A DNA stretch of 63,927 nucleotides, filler included, from Cercozoa sp. M6MM (lineage: Eukaryota > Protista > Endomyxa: Ascetosporea), in assembly GCA_040357565.1 (NCBI GenBank). It is 5 parts of 5 records of this genome, joined end to end, with 100 filler letters (N's around TTAATTAATTAA, not from the genome) between each part and the next. Parts side by side here need not be neighbours in the genome. Positions count along the whole stretch, not along the records: positions 45,175 to 59,050 come from JBDODJ010000346.1; positions 59,151 to 63,927 come from JBDODJ010001052.1; 3 more parts are not named here. One strand, given 5' to 3'. Shown here one piece after another: positions 52,332-63,927 of this stretch. Position numbers and translations under genes: made by a program. Numbering within the stretch: the first letter of the stretch is position 1; each line of letters opens with the position of its first letter. The notes beneath the pieces were generated by a model. That model was not told where the DNA came from and did no database searches. It saw only the letters and a list, made by a program, of their open reading frames with translations.

Positions 52332-53046
52332 ATCCCTTCATCGAAGCCAGCCGAGCGCGTTTGACTTGGTTCACACTTACATACGGACTGCACTTCACGT
52401 TGCCGACACGCATGTGATAACTAACCCTGAGGTTGAGGCTCTCCTGTAGCTCTAGAGGCATTGTGTCCGGCTCACTCATAGCTGGGAGCACTCGGTGAAC
52501 TTATGCCAGAAGCGTCGTGCTAGGGATTGTCGGTACAGCGTATCGCGCGCGCGTCTTGTGACTTGTAAACCAGCAGTGGGCAGGGGTGGTTAGCTGCCAC
52601 CAGCGAGTGTTGGGCACAACCTGGCTTCTTCCGCACGGCCAAGGACGCCGACGCGTCAGTGGCTCTGTGATAGAGCCTGCCAGTTGGCAAGAGAAACCCT
52701 CATCTATTTGGCGTCAGCTGAGAGAAGAGGTTTTTCTACACGATTTTTCCCCGTGACGGACGATTCCCCGTCTACTTTGCGCAAGAACCCAGTTGGGGTA
52801 ACTCTTCACTTCGCTTCTTCAAACCGAATCACTTCTTTGATTTAGTTCTTGTGCAGTTATGAACGAAATAAAATGCAGTTATGAACGAAATAATAAGTTA
52901 TGTCGAAGGCAGTCGTGCGCTGGTAGCCCAACCAGCAGCTGAACGTGGTGCGGCGCCGGAAACGGGATTGCACAAAGGTACAGTAATCAAGAAGTGAGCC
53001 GAACAAAAAGCGAAAAGGCCGGCAACCGGTCCAGTCAGACAGCTTT

Positions 53047-54976
53047 ATGGAATCTGCTGCGCTCAACTTAGCAAGCATGGCGGCACAGTCAACAAGTTTT
53101 AGTCATGCAAAATACAGTTGAGTGTCCGTACCCTTCACAATCGGAAGCAAAAGAGCGACGAACAATCATAAAAGAAAGTTCCGTTGTCGCAGCGCAATCA
53201 CAATTTCTGCGAATTTCAAACCAAGTTTCTCAAGCAACCAAAGTGCTTGTGCCCCACAGTTAGCACACTTAGGTTATCTGACTCCGTTCTTAGTCGTCTT
53301 CCAGTTGAAAAGATGCAAACAGTGATTCAGTCGTCCGTGTTCTTTAACAAAAACGGCAACCGCGAGTTGTTGCCGCAAGTTGTTGGGATTGTTGCCAGGT
53401 ATCTTGTTGTTGATGCGTATAACCCCTATAAATGTGTGTGTGTGTTGTGCGTGATACGATCAAGATTTTTTAAATTAATCATTGTGGCTTGTGTTGCAGC
53501 GGTGCAGCGACAGGTGTGTCGCTTGCAGTGAAAGGCGACCAGTCACAGCGTGTTGTCAACAGTGTCAACCAGTGTACTGCGTGTTCCTTGAAATCTCTCA
53601 ATCATTCAGTCAACTGCTCTGTGTAATTCAGTGAACGCCGTATGTGGAATCGAGAATACCATCTCTGTCGCTCCTGGTACTTTTTTCCAATACGTACTCC
53701 TTGTGTGCGTGTACGTCCGTAATGCGCAGAGAGTGCCGAGGCTACCGTAAGCACCATCGGCGAACTGCAGCAGGCACTCGACAATTCCACCGGTATTGAA
53801 TTGTTTGATGTATACACGCGCGGAGGATACTCGGATACGTTTGAGATTCACAGTTAGTGAAACGGCGGCGCAAATCCGTCAACTAGCCGAGAACGCCAAA
53901 GCCGCGTCGCTCGCTCTGCAGCAGCTCTCCTCGGAAAAACGCAGCGGCGTGTTGCTCGAGTTGGCGCGCCGATTGCGTGACCAAGAAACTCAACAGATCA
54001 TCCTGAAGGTATCATCAGACATCGTTGTGTCTCTGTACCCACACTGTCTGTGACAGGCCAATGCCGAGGATGTTGAGCAAGCCACAAAGGTAGATCTGGC
54101 ACCCCACAACACCATATTTGTTCCGATGTGTTTCTCCGAGTACAGGACAAGGTGGCAGCCCCACTGCTTCGACGCCTGGCACTCACCGAGGCGAAGTTGT
54201 ACGTTGAACACTCATTACTCACCTTTGTCTTTCTCTGCACCCATGTGGCGTCGTGTGGCTTGACAGGAACACTCTCGCCGACGGCGCCGAGCAGCTTGCG
54301 GTAAGACACTTTCTATGCGCGCGCGCGCGCGCGCGTGTGTGTGTGTGTATGTGTGTCATTGCTGTTTGAAAATTGTCGGTAGAAGGCAGACGAGCCGATC
54401 GGTGCAGTGCGCTACCGCATGGAACTCTCGCCCAACGTATGACCGTGTTTTCGCATGTGACTCAGCGAAACCTGAGGCTGTTAAAAGATGCATACGACAT
54501 TCACTGTGCAGCTGCTGTTGCAACAAGAGACGGCACCGATCGGTGTCTTGCTGATCATCTTCGAGTCGCGTCCCGAATGCCTCGTTCAGGTGCGCTTTTG
54601 CCTCTTTTTTTTTGCAAAGGGTCGGGATGTGCCGCGCGAATGTGCAGATCGCGTCGCTTGCCATTCGCAGCGGCAACGCGCTCATTCTCAAGGGCGGCAG
54701 TGAGGCTGGCAAGAGGTGTGTGTGTATGTCATGTATGTCATGTGTTGCACTCTGTACACTCGTGTAGCAACCGAATCCTGGCCGATATCGTGGCTGCTGC
54801 TATCGACGCTGCCTCTGATAGTACTGCATGTTTTGTGTGTTTCTGAGGATGTCAGTATGTCTGTCGGGGCTTGCAGACAAGGTGCATGGCGCGTCGTTGG
54901 TGGCTCTCCTGGAGTCTCGTGCCGCCGTCAAGGAGGTGCTGCGCCACCATGGTATGTCGGCGGCTGTGTCTATACG

Positions 54977-55032
<56 letters not shown>

Positions 55033-56434
55033 CACTACTACCCTGCATGCTGCTGCAGACGTGGTGGATCTGTGCGTGCCGCGTGGCAGCAATCGCCTCG
55101 TCTCCTTCGTGCAGGCCAACACGAAGATCCCTGTGCTCGGTCACGCCGAGGTATGCTACCATCCCCCTGCTACCCCTCCTCCGACAACTGTTGGCTTTCA
55201 TCAGGGCATTTGCCACGTGTTCGCCGACAAGGACTGCGATCTCGAGCTGGCCAAGCGTGTCTGTGTTGACGCAAAGTGTGGTACACTCTAGCTTTCCCTT
55301 CAAGTCTCTCTCTCCTATGCAGGGTGTTCGTGCGGTTGTGCCTCATAGACTACGTCGCTGCGTGCAACGCGATGGAGACGCTGCTGCTGCACTCGGCCCT
55401 GTTCCCAGTAAGACTCCTTGTGCTTCCTGTCTGGATTATGGTGCTGTGCGTGCATACAAGGACGTGTATGGACAGGATAAGGCCAAGGCTATTCTTGCTG
55501 CTCTGAAGGAAAACAACGTCGAGATCTTTTTGGGCCCGCGCTTCATGAAGAACGCCGACCTCGTTGCTGCTGTGGCCGAGGGTAGTTGTCCCCCAACGAT
55601 ACTGTAGTGCTCCCTTTTGCTTACCCTACCGTATGGTGTCTGCGTAGTTTTGGGCGAGATCAAGCCGGCCAAGTCATTGCGCGAGGAGTACGGGGATTTT
55701 GCCGTAACAGTCGAGATTGTCGACAACGTCGGTATTCCTGTCTTATCTACTCACTGTTTCTGCCTTGGTTTATTTCGGTGTGTTTATGTGTATCTGGTGA
55801 TCTACTCGCAGAGGAAGCGGTCGCGCACGTGCACAAATACGGTATACACACACACACGCGCGCGCGCGCACACCTTCCAACGTTTATGTGTTGGCGTTTC
55901 GTGCACAGGCAGTGGACACACCGAAAGTGTGCTGACACAGAACAAGGAGGTAAACAGCTGTGTCTGTCTGTGCCTGTGTCTGTGTATCGGTGTCGTTTTG
56001 CTGTGCACAGGTGGCGCTGCGCTTTCTCAACGGCGTCGATGCCGCTTGCGTGTTCCACAACGCGAGCACGCGGTTCGCCGATGGCTTCCGATTCGGCTTG
56101 GGCGCCGAGGTCGGCATCTCCACCGGCGTAGCAACCCCTCTCATTTCGTGCCTCTTGTCGATTCATTGTGTTGTTTCCTCTGTGTGCAGAAGATTCATGC
56201 GCGCGGTCCGTGTGGCACCGAGTCGCTGCTGAGCACACGCTGGAAGCTGCGCAGCACCGCACAGGACGGTCACTGCGCCAGTGACTTCTCATCCTCGTAC
56301 CGGTATCGCTTGACCCTGATCTCCTAACACCAGACTCTGTGGGACACCTGGACCTGCGCAGGGAGTACACGCACCGAGAACTCGAGAAGGACGACGCGCT
56401 ATCGCTCACTCGCGCCTCGGCCGCCGATCTGTAG
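53047..56434 (+). CDS. proA: Gamma-glutamyl phosphate reductase (GPR domain of the P5CS/ProA family) with N-terminal extension
   Basis: [109 protein letters not shown]. Confidence 0.95.
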
Positions 56435-56828
56435 ACGGCGACCACCCGCTGCCCCAGATTTCCATCTTCCCCCGCCCACGCTTCCTCTACCATGCGCGGA
56501 ACAGAGGGAACTGAACTCACGTCAGTGACTTGGACGTCGCGGTTAACATTGAAACTGAGCCATCGATATCGCATCGTATATCTATCATAGCTCAGTGTCT
56601 GCAAATAGCACACCCGATCTTACCATCAGAGCCACTATACTTTTAACTTTTGCACACGACAACTGAAGGAATAGTCCAGATCGGCCAGTAACGTAATAAT
56701 ACAGTTCATTTAGGTAGGTATAGTAGAGTTTGCGAACGGATTAACTAGTGGTATCATCCCGTCCGATCTATCGCATTCCGTTCGGGTCGGGAATGTGGAG
56801 AAGCGAATTAAATGTACCATCGCATCCA

Positions 56829-57419
56829 TCAGGCAGCTCCGAGCTGACCACGAGGCGCTGGCATGAACTCGAGTTGGAACATGCCCCACAGAAACACCTG
56901 CAGGGCCCACGACCAGCGTGCCGGACGCATGCGACGGCACTTGGAGGCTCGGAAGAAAGCCCAGATCGACTGTTCAGACAGTTCATCAGCATCGTCAGTG
57001 CAGATAGGTGCAAGATGAGGAGAGTAGGGAATACCTCGCCCACGTGAAGCGCCACCGCAACAGCGACACCGATCTTCATCAGGAAGCGCGGCATCACGCC
57101 CAGAAACGCATCGTCGCCGCAGAAGAAGGACGTGTAGATGAAGAGCAGCATGCCTAGATTGAAGCGCAATGAAGGAAAAAGTATGCTCTCGTTTCAAAAT
57201 ATCCCCCATTAACCTGCCCGCCCCCCCCCCCCCCCCTGTTTACGATACATCAAAGACATACCAGTTCCACATAGCACACGTGTCATCAGTGGCGGGGGTG
57301 TTGGATACAACGTTTCGCTCTTCTTGGGCGTTCTGAGCAGACCAATAGTCAAAAGTTTCACAGACAACAACAAACAACGGAATGTGAAACTAAATTTACG
57401 CGCGCCGGCGATGCTGCAT
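56829..57419 (-). CDS. TMEM254: TMEM254-like small membrane protein
   Basis: Spliced ...GVAVAVALHVGESIWAFFRASKC...WSWALQVFLWGMFQL matches the HxxEx.a...W..Q.f.fG pattern. Confidence 0.7.
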
Positions 57420-57901
57420 GATCGCGGGACGCTCCAAATTTGGGTGCGTCAATTCCTCACCTGAAGCATTTCTGATACCCTCTTGGTGAGTTGTGTCCGA
57501 GGATTCTCTGTCTGCATTCCGACGACGCACTGTAGCCCCAGCATCCAGGTTCATGCCTGGAAGTAAAGCAAACTATACTGTACAGAAATACTTTTTTTTG
57601 GATCCCTTACCGAGTAGCTTTGCAGCCTTTTCGCTAACGTTGCCCGACGGGAAGTCCTCCATGTATACGTGCACTGACACACTTAGTCAAGCAGACACAG
57701 AAAGTGGAGCTAAACCCAGAACCATCATCAGCATTTTTTTTTAACGGAGCGCCATCACTCTTTTGTTAAAGAAGCAGAACAGCACCCCGACGACCGGCGG
57801 TGAAAACACGGCCAGCACCGCGCCTTCTTTACAGTAGCATCGCCAAAGGCAGCGTAGCATAAGAAACTATTGTCGACGATACGTTATTGGGAAATAAATA
57901 A

Positions 57902-58536
57902 ATGAGCGCGCTTGATTTTCATGTGTCTGTCTCATAGCATGAGCGGCCAGCGGCGCTCGCAACGGCAAGTGCGCCGTCCTTCCATGTACGTCACGTCGCC
58001 CCATGTCTTTACTAAAGTCTTACATACATCCTGTCATGTAGATACGAGGACTATGTCGCCGATTTGGACGTACATTCAACGTTGCTCGTGATGACAGAAA
58101 CTGTACACGTTGTTGTTTCAGTTCGAAGAGCCGCGCCAGAAGAACCATAAAAGCCACAAAAAGAAGCGTGTGCGTGCCGAAATCACTCCAACTGAATTGC
58201 CGCTGCCGGTAGCGTACCTTTGTTTGTTCAGCAAGCCCGCTGCAGTGTTGTGAGGTGAGTCTGCATGTGCGCAGGAGCGAGATTACTTCATCCAGTGGGA
58301 CCAGCCCGAGAGGGTGAGTTGCGTTTCTGTGAAGGTTGCTTGTATCTGTGTCTGTGTCTGCCTGTATCTGTGTCTGTGCCTGTCTGTATCTGTATCTGTG
58401 CTGTCTGTGTTTGTGTCTGTGTCTGTGTCTGTGTCTGTGTCTGTGTCTGTGTCTGTGTCNNNNNNNNNNGTGTCTGTGTCTGTGTCTGTGTCTGTGTCTG
58501 TGTCTGTGTCTGTGTCTGTGTCTGTGTCGGACTGTG

Positions 58537-58567
<31 letters not shown>

Positions 58568-58667
58568 NNNNNNNNNNNNNNNNNNNNNNNNNNNNNNNNN
58601 NNNNNNNNNNNNNNNNNNNNNNNNNNNNNNNNNNNNNNNNNNNNNNNNNNNNNNNNNNNNNNNNNNN

Positions 58668-58714
<47 letters not shown>

Positions 58715-58980
58715 GGATACATTGTGTGCGGAGAACCAGTCGACAGCACCGACAAGGAATCGCTGCGACTGCGTTATCGACGCATCTCCGACAGTACCGT
58801 TTTCCCATGCACACACACGCACATACACACTCGATATCAACCATGTGTGTGTATGTGAACCCAGAGGAGTGTGAGATTTTGCCGTCACCTTACGCCGAGC
58901 TCGGCGGCGAGCCAATGTGCCTGGCCGCGACCTGTCTAAAGGAGGCCCGGGCCATCTGGCACGCCTTGCACCCGCCTACC
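57902..58980 (+). CDS. Hypothetical protein, 3'-partial, short exons
   Basis: Short open exons bounded by GT/AG (e.g. EECEILPSPYAELGGEPMCLAATCLKEARAIWHALHPP); no family recognised. Confidence 0.35.
58340..58712 (+). repeat. Intronic (TGTGTC)n and (TG)n microsatellites with gaps
   Basis: Directly visible. Confidence 0.95.
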
Positions 58981-59000
58981 GTACTGAACAATACACATCG

Positions 59001-59050
<50 letters not shown>

Positions 59051-59150
59051 NNNNNNNNNNNNNNNNNNNNNNNNNNNNNNNNNNNNNNNNNNNNTTAATT
59101 AATTAANNNNNNNNNNNNNNNNNNNNNNNNNNNNNNNNNNNNNNNNNNNN
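59051..59150. other. Artificial scaffold linker
   Basis: N-run + TTAATTAATTAA + N-run. Confidence 0.97.
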
Positions 59151-59290
59151 CCCCTATATACCCCCTATTTACCCCCCTATTTACCCCTACCCCCTATTTA
59201 CCCTCCCCTATTTACCCCCTATTAATCCCCCTCTTTACCTCCATGTTTACCTCCATGTTTACCTCCCTATTTACTCCCTGTACTGTACAG

Positions 59291-62200
59291 ACATAGGGTC
59301 GGGGAAGGCAGAGCTTCCGCTCGGAAAGGCCGGACTGCACGAGGTGGAAAAATACGCGGCCCACTTGGCCCACACTTTCGCGCGTTTCTCCTGGGCGTGT
59401 TTCGACGACGCTTTCGGAGAGTCGCTGCTGCACACGGCCATGCGTGCGGTAGTTTACCCCCCTCCTCCTGTTTACCCCCCTGTTTACCCCCTGTTTACCC
59501 CCCTGTTACCCCCCTGTTTACCCCCCTGTTTACCCCCCTGTTTACCCCCCTGTTTACCCCCCCCCCAGGGCGCAGTGCTGTGCGACCACGCGAGTCTGGA
59601 GCAGCAGAAAGTTTTCACGCGCTTCCGAAACACGCTGCAGTGGATCGTGGGTGTGTTTACCCCCCTACTCCTACCCTCTACCCCTGACTCGCCTACCTTC
59701 TACCTCCCCTTCCTCCCTGCAGCGCAGAGTCCGTGGAAAAAGGAGAAACCGCACAACGACCACAAACCGTATGTTTAATATCTGAGTCTGGGCTATGGAC
59801 TGGACCATGGACTGGACTGGACTATGGACTGTGGACTGGACTATGTACTGTACTGTGTGTACCGTACAAATAGACTGCTGTCGAAATGCGTCGTGACACT
59901 GCGACACCGCCTGTCGAAACTAAAGTCGTCTCTGTCGCAGCGACGCCGCGCGCACGAACTGCTCCTGCCCGAGTCCGTCTCTCTCTCAGGGGGGGGGGGG
60001 GGGAAAGGGGTAGGAGGGGAGGGGGTAGGAAGCTAGGAGGGTAGGGGTAGAGGGTAGAGAGTAGGAGAGTAGGGGTAGGAGGGTAGGAGGATAGGAGGTT
60101 AGGGGGTAGGAGGGTAGGAGGGTAGGATAGGGGGTAGGGAGGGGTAGGGTAGGAGGGTGGTGCATGGGGTAAGGTGTGCACAGTGCGTGGACAGCCAAGC
60201 CGCAGCTGCTGCACGAGTCGCCGCATGCGCACTACCGCCGCGAGTGGTCTGTGCAGGCGCGTGTCTTGTGCGGCTTCTCACCAGGTACGCGGGAGTAAGG
60301 TGGGAGGGGGTAGGGGTACGGGGTAAGGTGGGGAGTAGGGGTAAGGTAGGGAGTAGGAGAGTAAGGTGGGGAGACAATAGTGCGTGTCGAACAGGCCAGC
60401 ACAGCGACAGCGCCTTTGTGCACACACTGAGCACCGAGGCCCTGGCCTTCTGCTCCGTGCTGGCACGTGCGCTGCTGAAGCGAGTGGTGCTGGAGAAACG
60501 CGCGGCCTCGGCCGACTGGTGCCGCGCCGTGACTCGCCTCGTGGCGCACCGGCTCTCCTCTGCGCTCACTGAGCTGACACGTGCGCCCTTTGCACTGGCT
60601 GCACCGGCTCTCCTACCTAGTGAGAGCCGGAACTTGAGCCAGGAGGACCGAGGTGAGCCAGCACGCCTCAGTACACTGCAGGCCTCGGCGCTGCCGCTGC
60701 TGCGCGGACTGATGCACGCGCCGCGTCAACTCGCCTCGACCTCGGTGGCTACAGGTACAGGTACTACAGTGGTACAGATTGTACCACGGGTTGGACAGGT
60801 ACAGGTACAGGTACAGGTGGTACAGGTACACGTACAGGCAGGACCGACTGGGGCGATCGAGAGCCGTGGCGACTGGCGCATCTGGTGCACGCGCACCGCT
60901 GCGGCGTGCCCTTCGCGGATATCGTGAGGGTACCGTGGCTCCCCCTTAAGTGTACTGTACTGTGTGGACTGTCCCTGGACTGAACTGTCCCTGGACTGGA
61001 CTGTCCCTGTACTGGACTGGACTGTCTCTGGACAGGTCACGCAGTGTCTGCCGCCGCATCTGGCCGCCATAGCCAACGCCGAGGCCGTCGCGCTGCTGCG
61101 GGGTCGGCGAGGCTACGCGCGTCGCTTCTTGTGGTTCGCGTGGCGGCACCTGCACCACCGGTTTACCCCCCTATTTACCCCCCTTTTTGCCCCCTTTTAC
61201 CCCCTGTTTACCCTCCCTGTTTACCCCCTGTTTACCTCCCTTTTTACCTGCCTATTACCCCCTGTTTACCTGCCTATTACCCCCCCCTATTTATCCCCCT
61301 GTTTACCCCCTATATTCCCCCTGTTTACCCCCTGTTTACCCTCACGCAGTGTGGACATGGAGGCGCTGCTGGGTCCGCTGGACTTCCGCGAGGCCGACGA
61401 CTTCGGCGCCGAGTGCCGCGCGCACTTTGAGCTGCGGCGCTGCCGCGCGGAAGCTTCCGCGTGGAGTGCCTGGCATGTGGGCCTGCAGGCAGTGACGCTG
61501 GTGCAGCCGCATCTGCACCGACTGGCCGTGTGGTCGCTCGCCTGCAGTCTGCTGCACTCGCGCTATGACACGGTGTGTCTCTGTATGTGTCTATGTATCT
61601 CTGGGTCTATGTATCCATGTATCCATGTACTATGTATCTATGTATCTATATATCCATGTATCTATGTAGCTATGTATCCATGTATCTATGTACTGTTGGT
61701 GTGTGTGTATATATACATACATGTATACATATATATATATAGATATATATATATAGATATAGATATAGATATATCTGTATGTATATATACAGATATAGAT
61801 ATAGATATATGCGTGTCCGCAGGCCGCCCAGATAGCCATGCCGCTGCGTGCCATCAGCGAGTTCAGTCGCGTCGACGGCGAGACCAGCGTCCGCGCGGAA
61901 GCTGTCAGGGACTACGGCGCGGCCAACGCGGTCTGCACCGAGGCCCTGTTGGTCGGCGTCGCTCTGCGCCGACTCGTCAAGCGCTTCCGGCTCATCGACC
62001 TGCTGCCTGTCAGTACTGTGCATCCTACTCTATGGGCTCACCCTATAGGCTTATCTATGGGCTACCTTATGGGCTCACCCTATGGTCTCTTACCTTACCC
62101 CCTCCCCCCGTAGAAGGTGAGACAGACACGTCGTCGCTGTCGAAAGGTACCGTCCGTCTGTACCTGTGTGCTGTACAGATCTGTGTACATGTGTACCTGT

Positions 62201-62753
62201 GTACAAGTGTACCTGTGTAGTCGATGCCGGTGAGCTGGAGAACCGAGTGCACGAGGAGCTGCAACGCTCGTGGTCGCAGGTGAACTGGTTGGCCGGCTCT
62301 GACTCGCCGCTGTGCTGGCTCATGCTGAATGCGCGGCGGTACCACGCGATGGACGAGGCCATCGCCTCTGCCCTGGTACACCTGTCCTGCTCTGTCCCTG
62401 CCTGTCCCTACCCTATCCCTACCCTACCCTGCCCTATCTTATCCGGCTGTCTTTACTCCCTATCTTTACCCCACCCCCTCCCCCCCTGTACCCCCATAGA
62501 ACCAACTAAACTGGATTCAAGACCTCGAAAACTCGTTCAAGGAACTTGGTATCTTTCTTACCCTCTACCCCTCTACCCCTCTACCACTCTACCACTCTAC
62601 CCCTCTACCCCTCTACCCCTGTACCTCCCTATCCTACTAATTGGACAGGCATGGGCGCACACGAGATCTGGGCCGTGTTGAATATTGGCGTGTACCACGC
62701 CTTCTCGGCCCTGCTGCTGGCCGGTAACTTTCTGTCTATCTGGACGCATGTCT

Positions 62754-62791
<38 letters not shown>

Positions 62792-63602
62792 ATATGTCTG
62801 TTTATATATTTATATGTGTGTTTGTATGTATTTATGTTTATATGTATACATATATATATATATATATATGTTTATATGTGTATTTATGTTTTTTATGTAT
62901 ATATATATATAGATGTATATATATATAGATGTATGTGTATATATATATATACATACATGTATTGTATGCATGTATATATATATGTGCACGTGTACGTCAG
63001 GCACGCTGTGGGTGCTGCACACGGTGCTGCCGACGAAAGAGGCCGCCGTGCTGCCGCTGCTGCTGCAGCTGACGCGCACGCAGGCGCAGTCGTACGCGTC
63101 GCTGCGTCGCCTGCACCGCCGCTACGAGGCCTTGCGCGATGCCGTCGGTTCCGTCCGCGCGGAAGACAATGTCCGCGCGGACACAGGCACTGACACGGAC
63201 ACTGACACGGACACTGACACCGACACTGACACTGACACTGATACCGAGACCGAGACTGAGTCAGAGACTGACACTGACACTGTCACAGACACTGATACCG
63301 AGACTGAGTCCGAGACTGACACCGCTGGCACTGACACCAAGAGTGACGACAGCGTGTGCGCCATCTGCATCGAGGACGACTTCAACGACCCTGTCACGCT
63401 ACTCGCGTGCTCACATGTGCGTTTATCCCCCCCTCCCATCTCCCACCTGCTACCCCTTGTGTGAGAGCAGAAGTTCTGCGCACTCTGCATTGCCGACTGG
63501 GCCACGCGCAGGCACACGTGTCCACTGTGCAGTCGCTCACTGTCCGACGGTGCCACGCGCGACTGCGACGGCACGCGCGTCAGTTTCCCGGCGGCTGGCT
63601 AG
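59291..63602 (+). CDS. Large helical protein with C-terminal C3HC4 RING finger and (TD/TE)n tract, 5'-partial
   Basis: [40 protein letters not shown] after splicing; upstream GC-rich Leu/Ala/Arg exons separated by repeat-filled introns. Confidence 0.75.
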
Positions 63603-63927
63603 AGTCGTATTGAGATCAGTCTTTTTGAGATCAGTCTTGAGATCAGTCTGACTACAACACCGACTACAATACCGACTAGCGTAGTGGTCACGCTAGTGAG
63701 TGGCGACTACTATCGTGTCTACTAGACGCAGACCTTCCAGCTCTCGATCTCACTCTCCTCTACCAGGGTGAAGGGGGTGAAGAGGGGGCAAGCAAACACA
63801 GGGCTAGGGCTTGGAGTCGACGCTACCATACGACGGCTGCAGGAAGGGCTCGCGCACCATCGAAACCAAATAACTCCCGCAGTTCGGACACTCCTGCAAC
63901 AGGGAGGTTAACGGGGGGGGGGGGGGG

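Noticed and set aside
58020-59106. Long ORF-track entries with poly-HT, CV, YI or TQLNS sequences (also 13211, 27797, 60964)
   Set aside because: They are translations of intronic microsatellites and N-gaps, not proteins.

Overview
Eukaryotic (protist-like) genomic DNA, very intron-dense and gene-compact. The window is five scaffold pieces joined by artificial N-TTAATTAATTAA-N linkers at about 11149, 39915, 45119 and 59095. The ORF track is largely uninformative, so gene models were reassembled by hand across GT-AG introns; inner boundaries are approximate and no database searches were run. Recognisable genes: CC2D1/Lgd-like, Zn-finger+HIT protein, single-chain ATP-citrate lyase, multi-GYF protein, TTL-domain protein, VPS52, USP36-like, isovaleryl-CoA dehydrogenase, REV3, RhoGDI, TIP30/HTATIP2, JAGN1, eIF3e, gamma-glutamyl phosphate reductase, TMEM254-like, a RING protein and a secreted Tyr-rich repeat protein. 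There are also decayed non-LTR retroelement fragments. The most unusual signals are: (1) introns filled with gene-specific short repeats, several echoing their own splice donor, including one intron built of CAG|GT units whose alternative sites all keep frame; (2) a very weak 5' splice-site consensus (+4C common, +5G rare); (3) a USP36-like protein lacking both catalytic Cys and His; (4) a secreted (x-P-K/S-Y-E)n protein with exon boundaries in register with the repeat; (5) a possible vestigial glutamate-kinase remnant on the GPR gene. I found no unambiguous new multi-gene system; the intron architecture is the best candidate.
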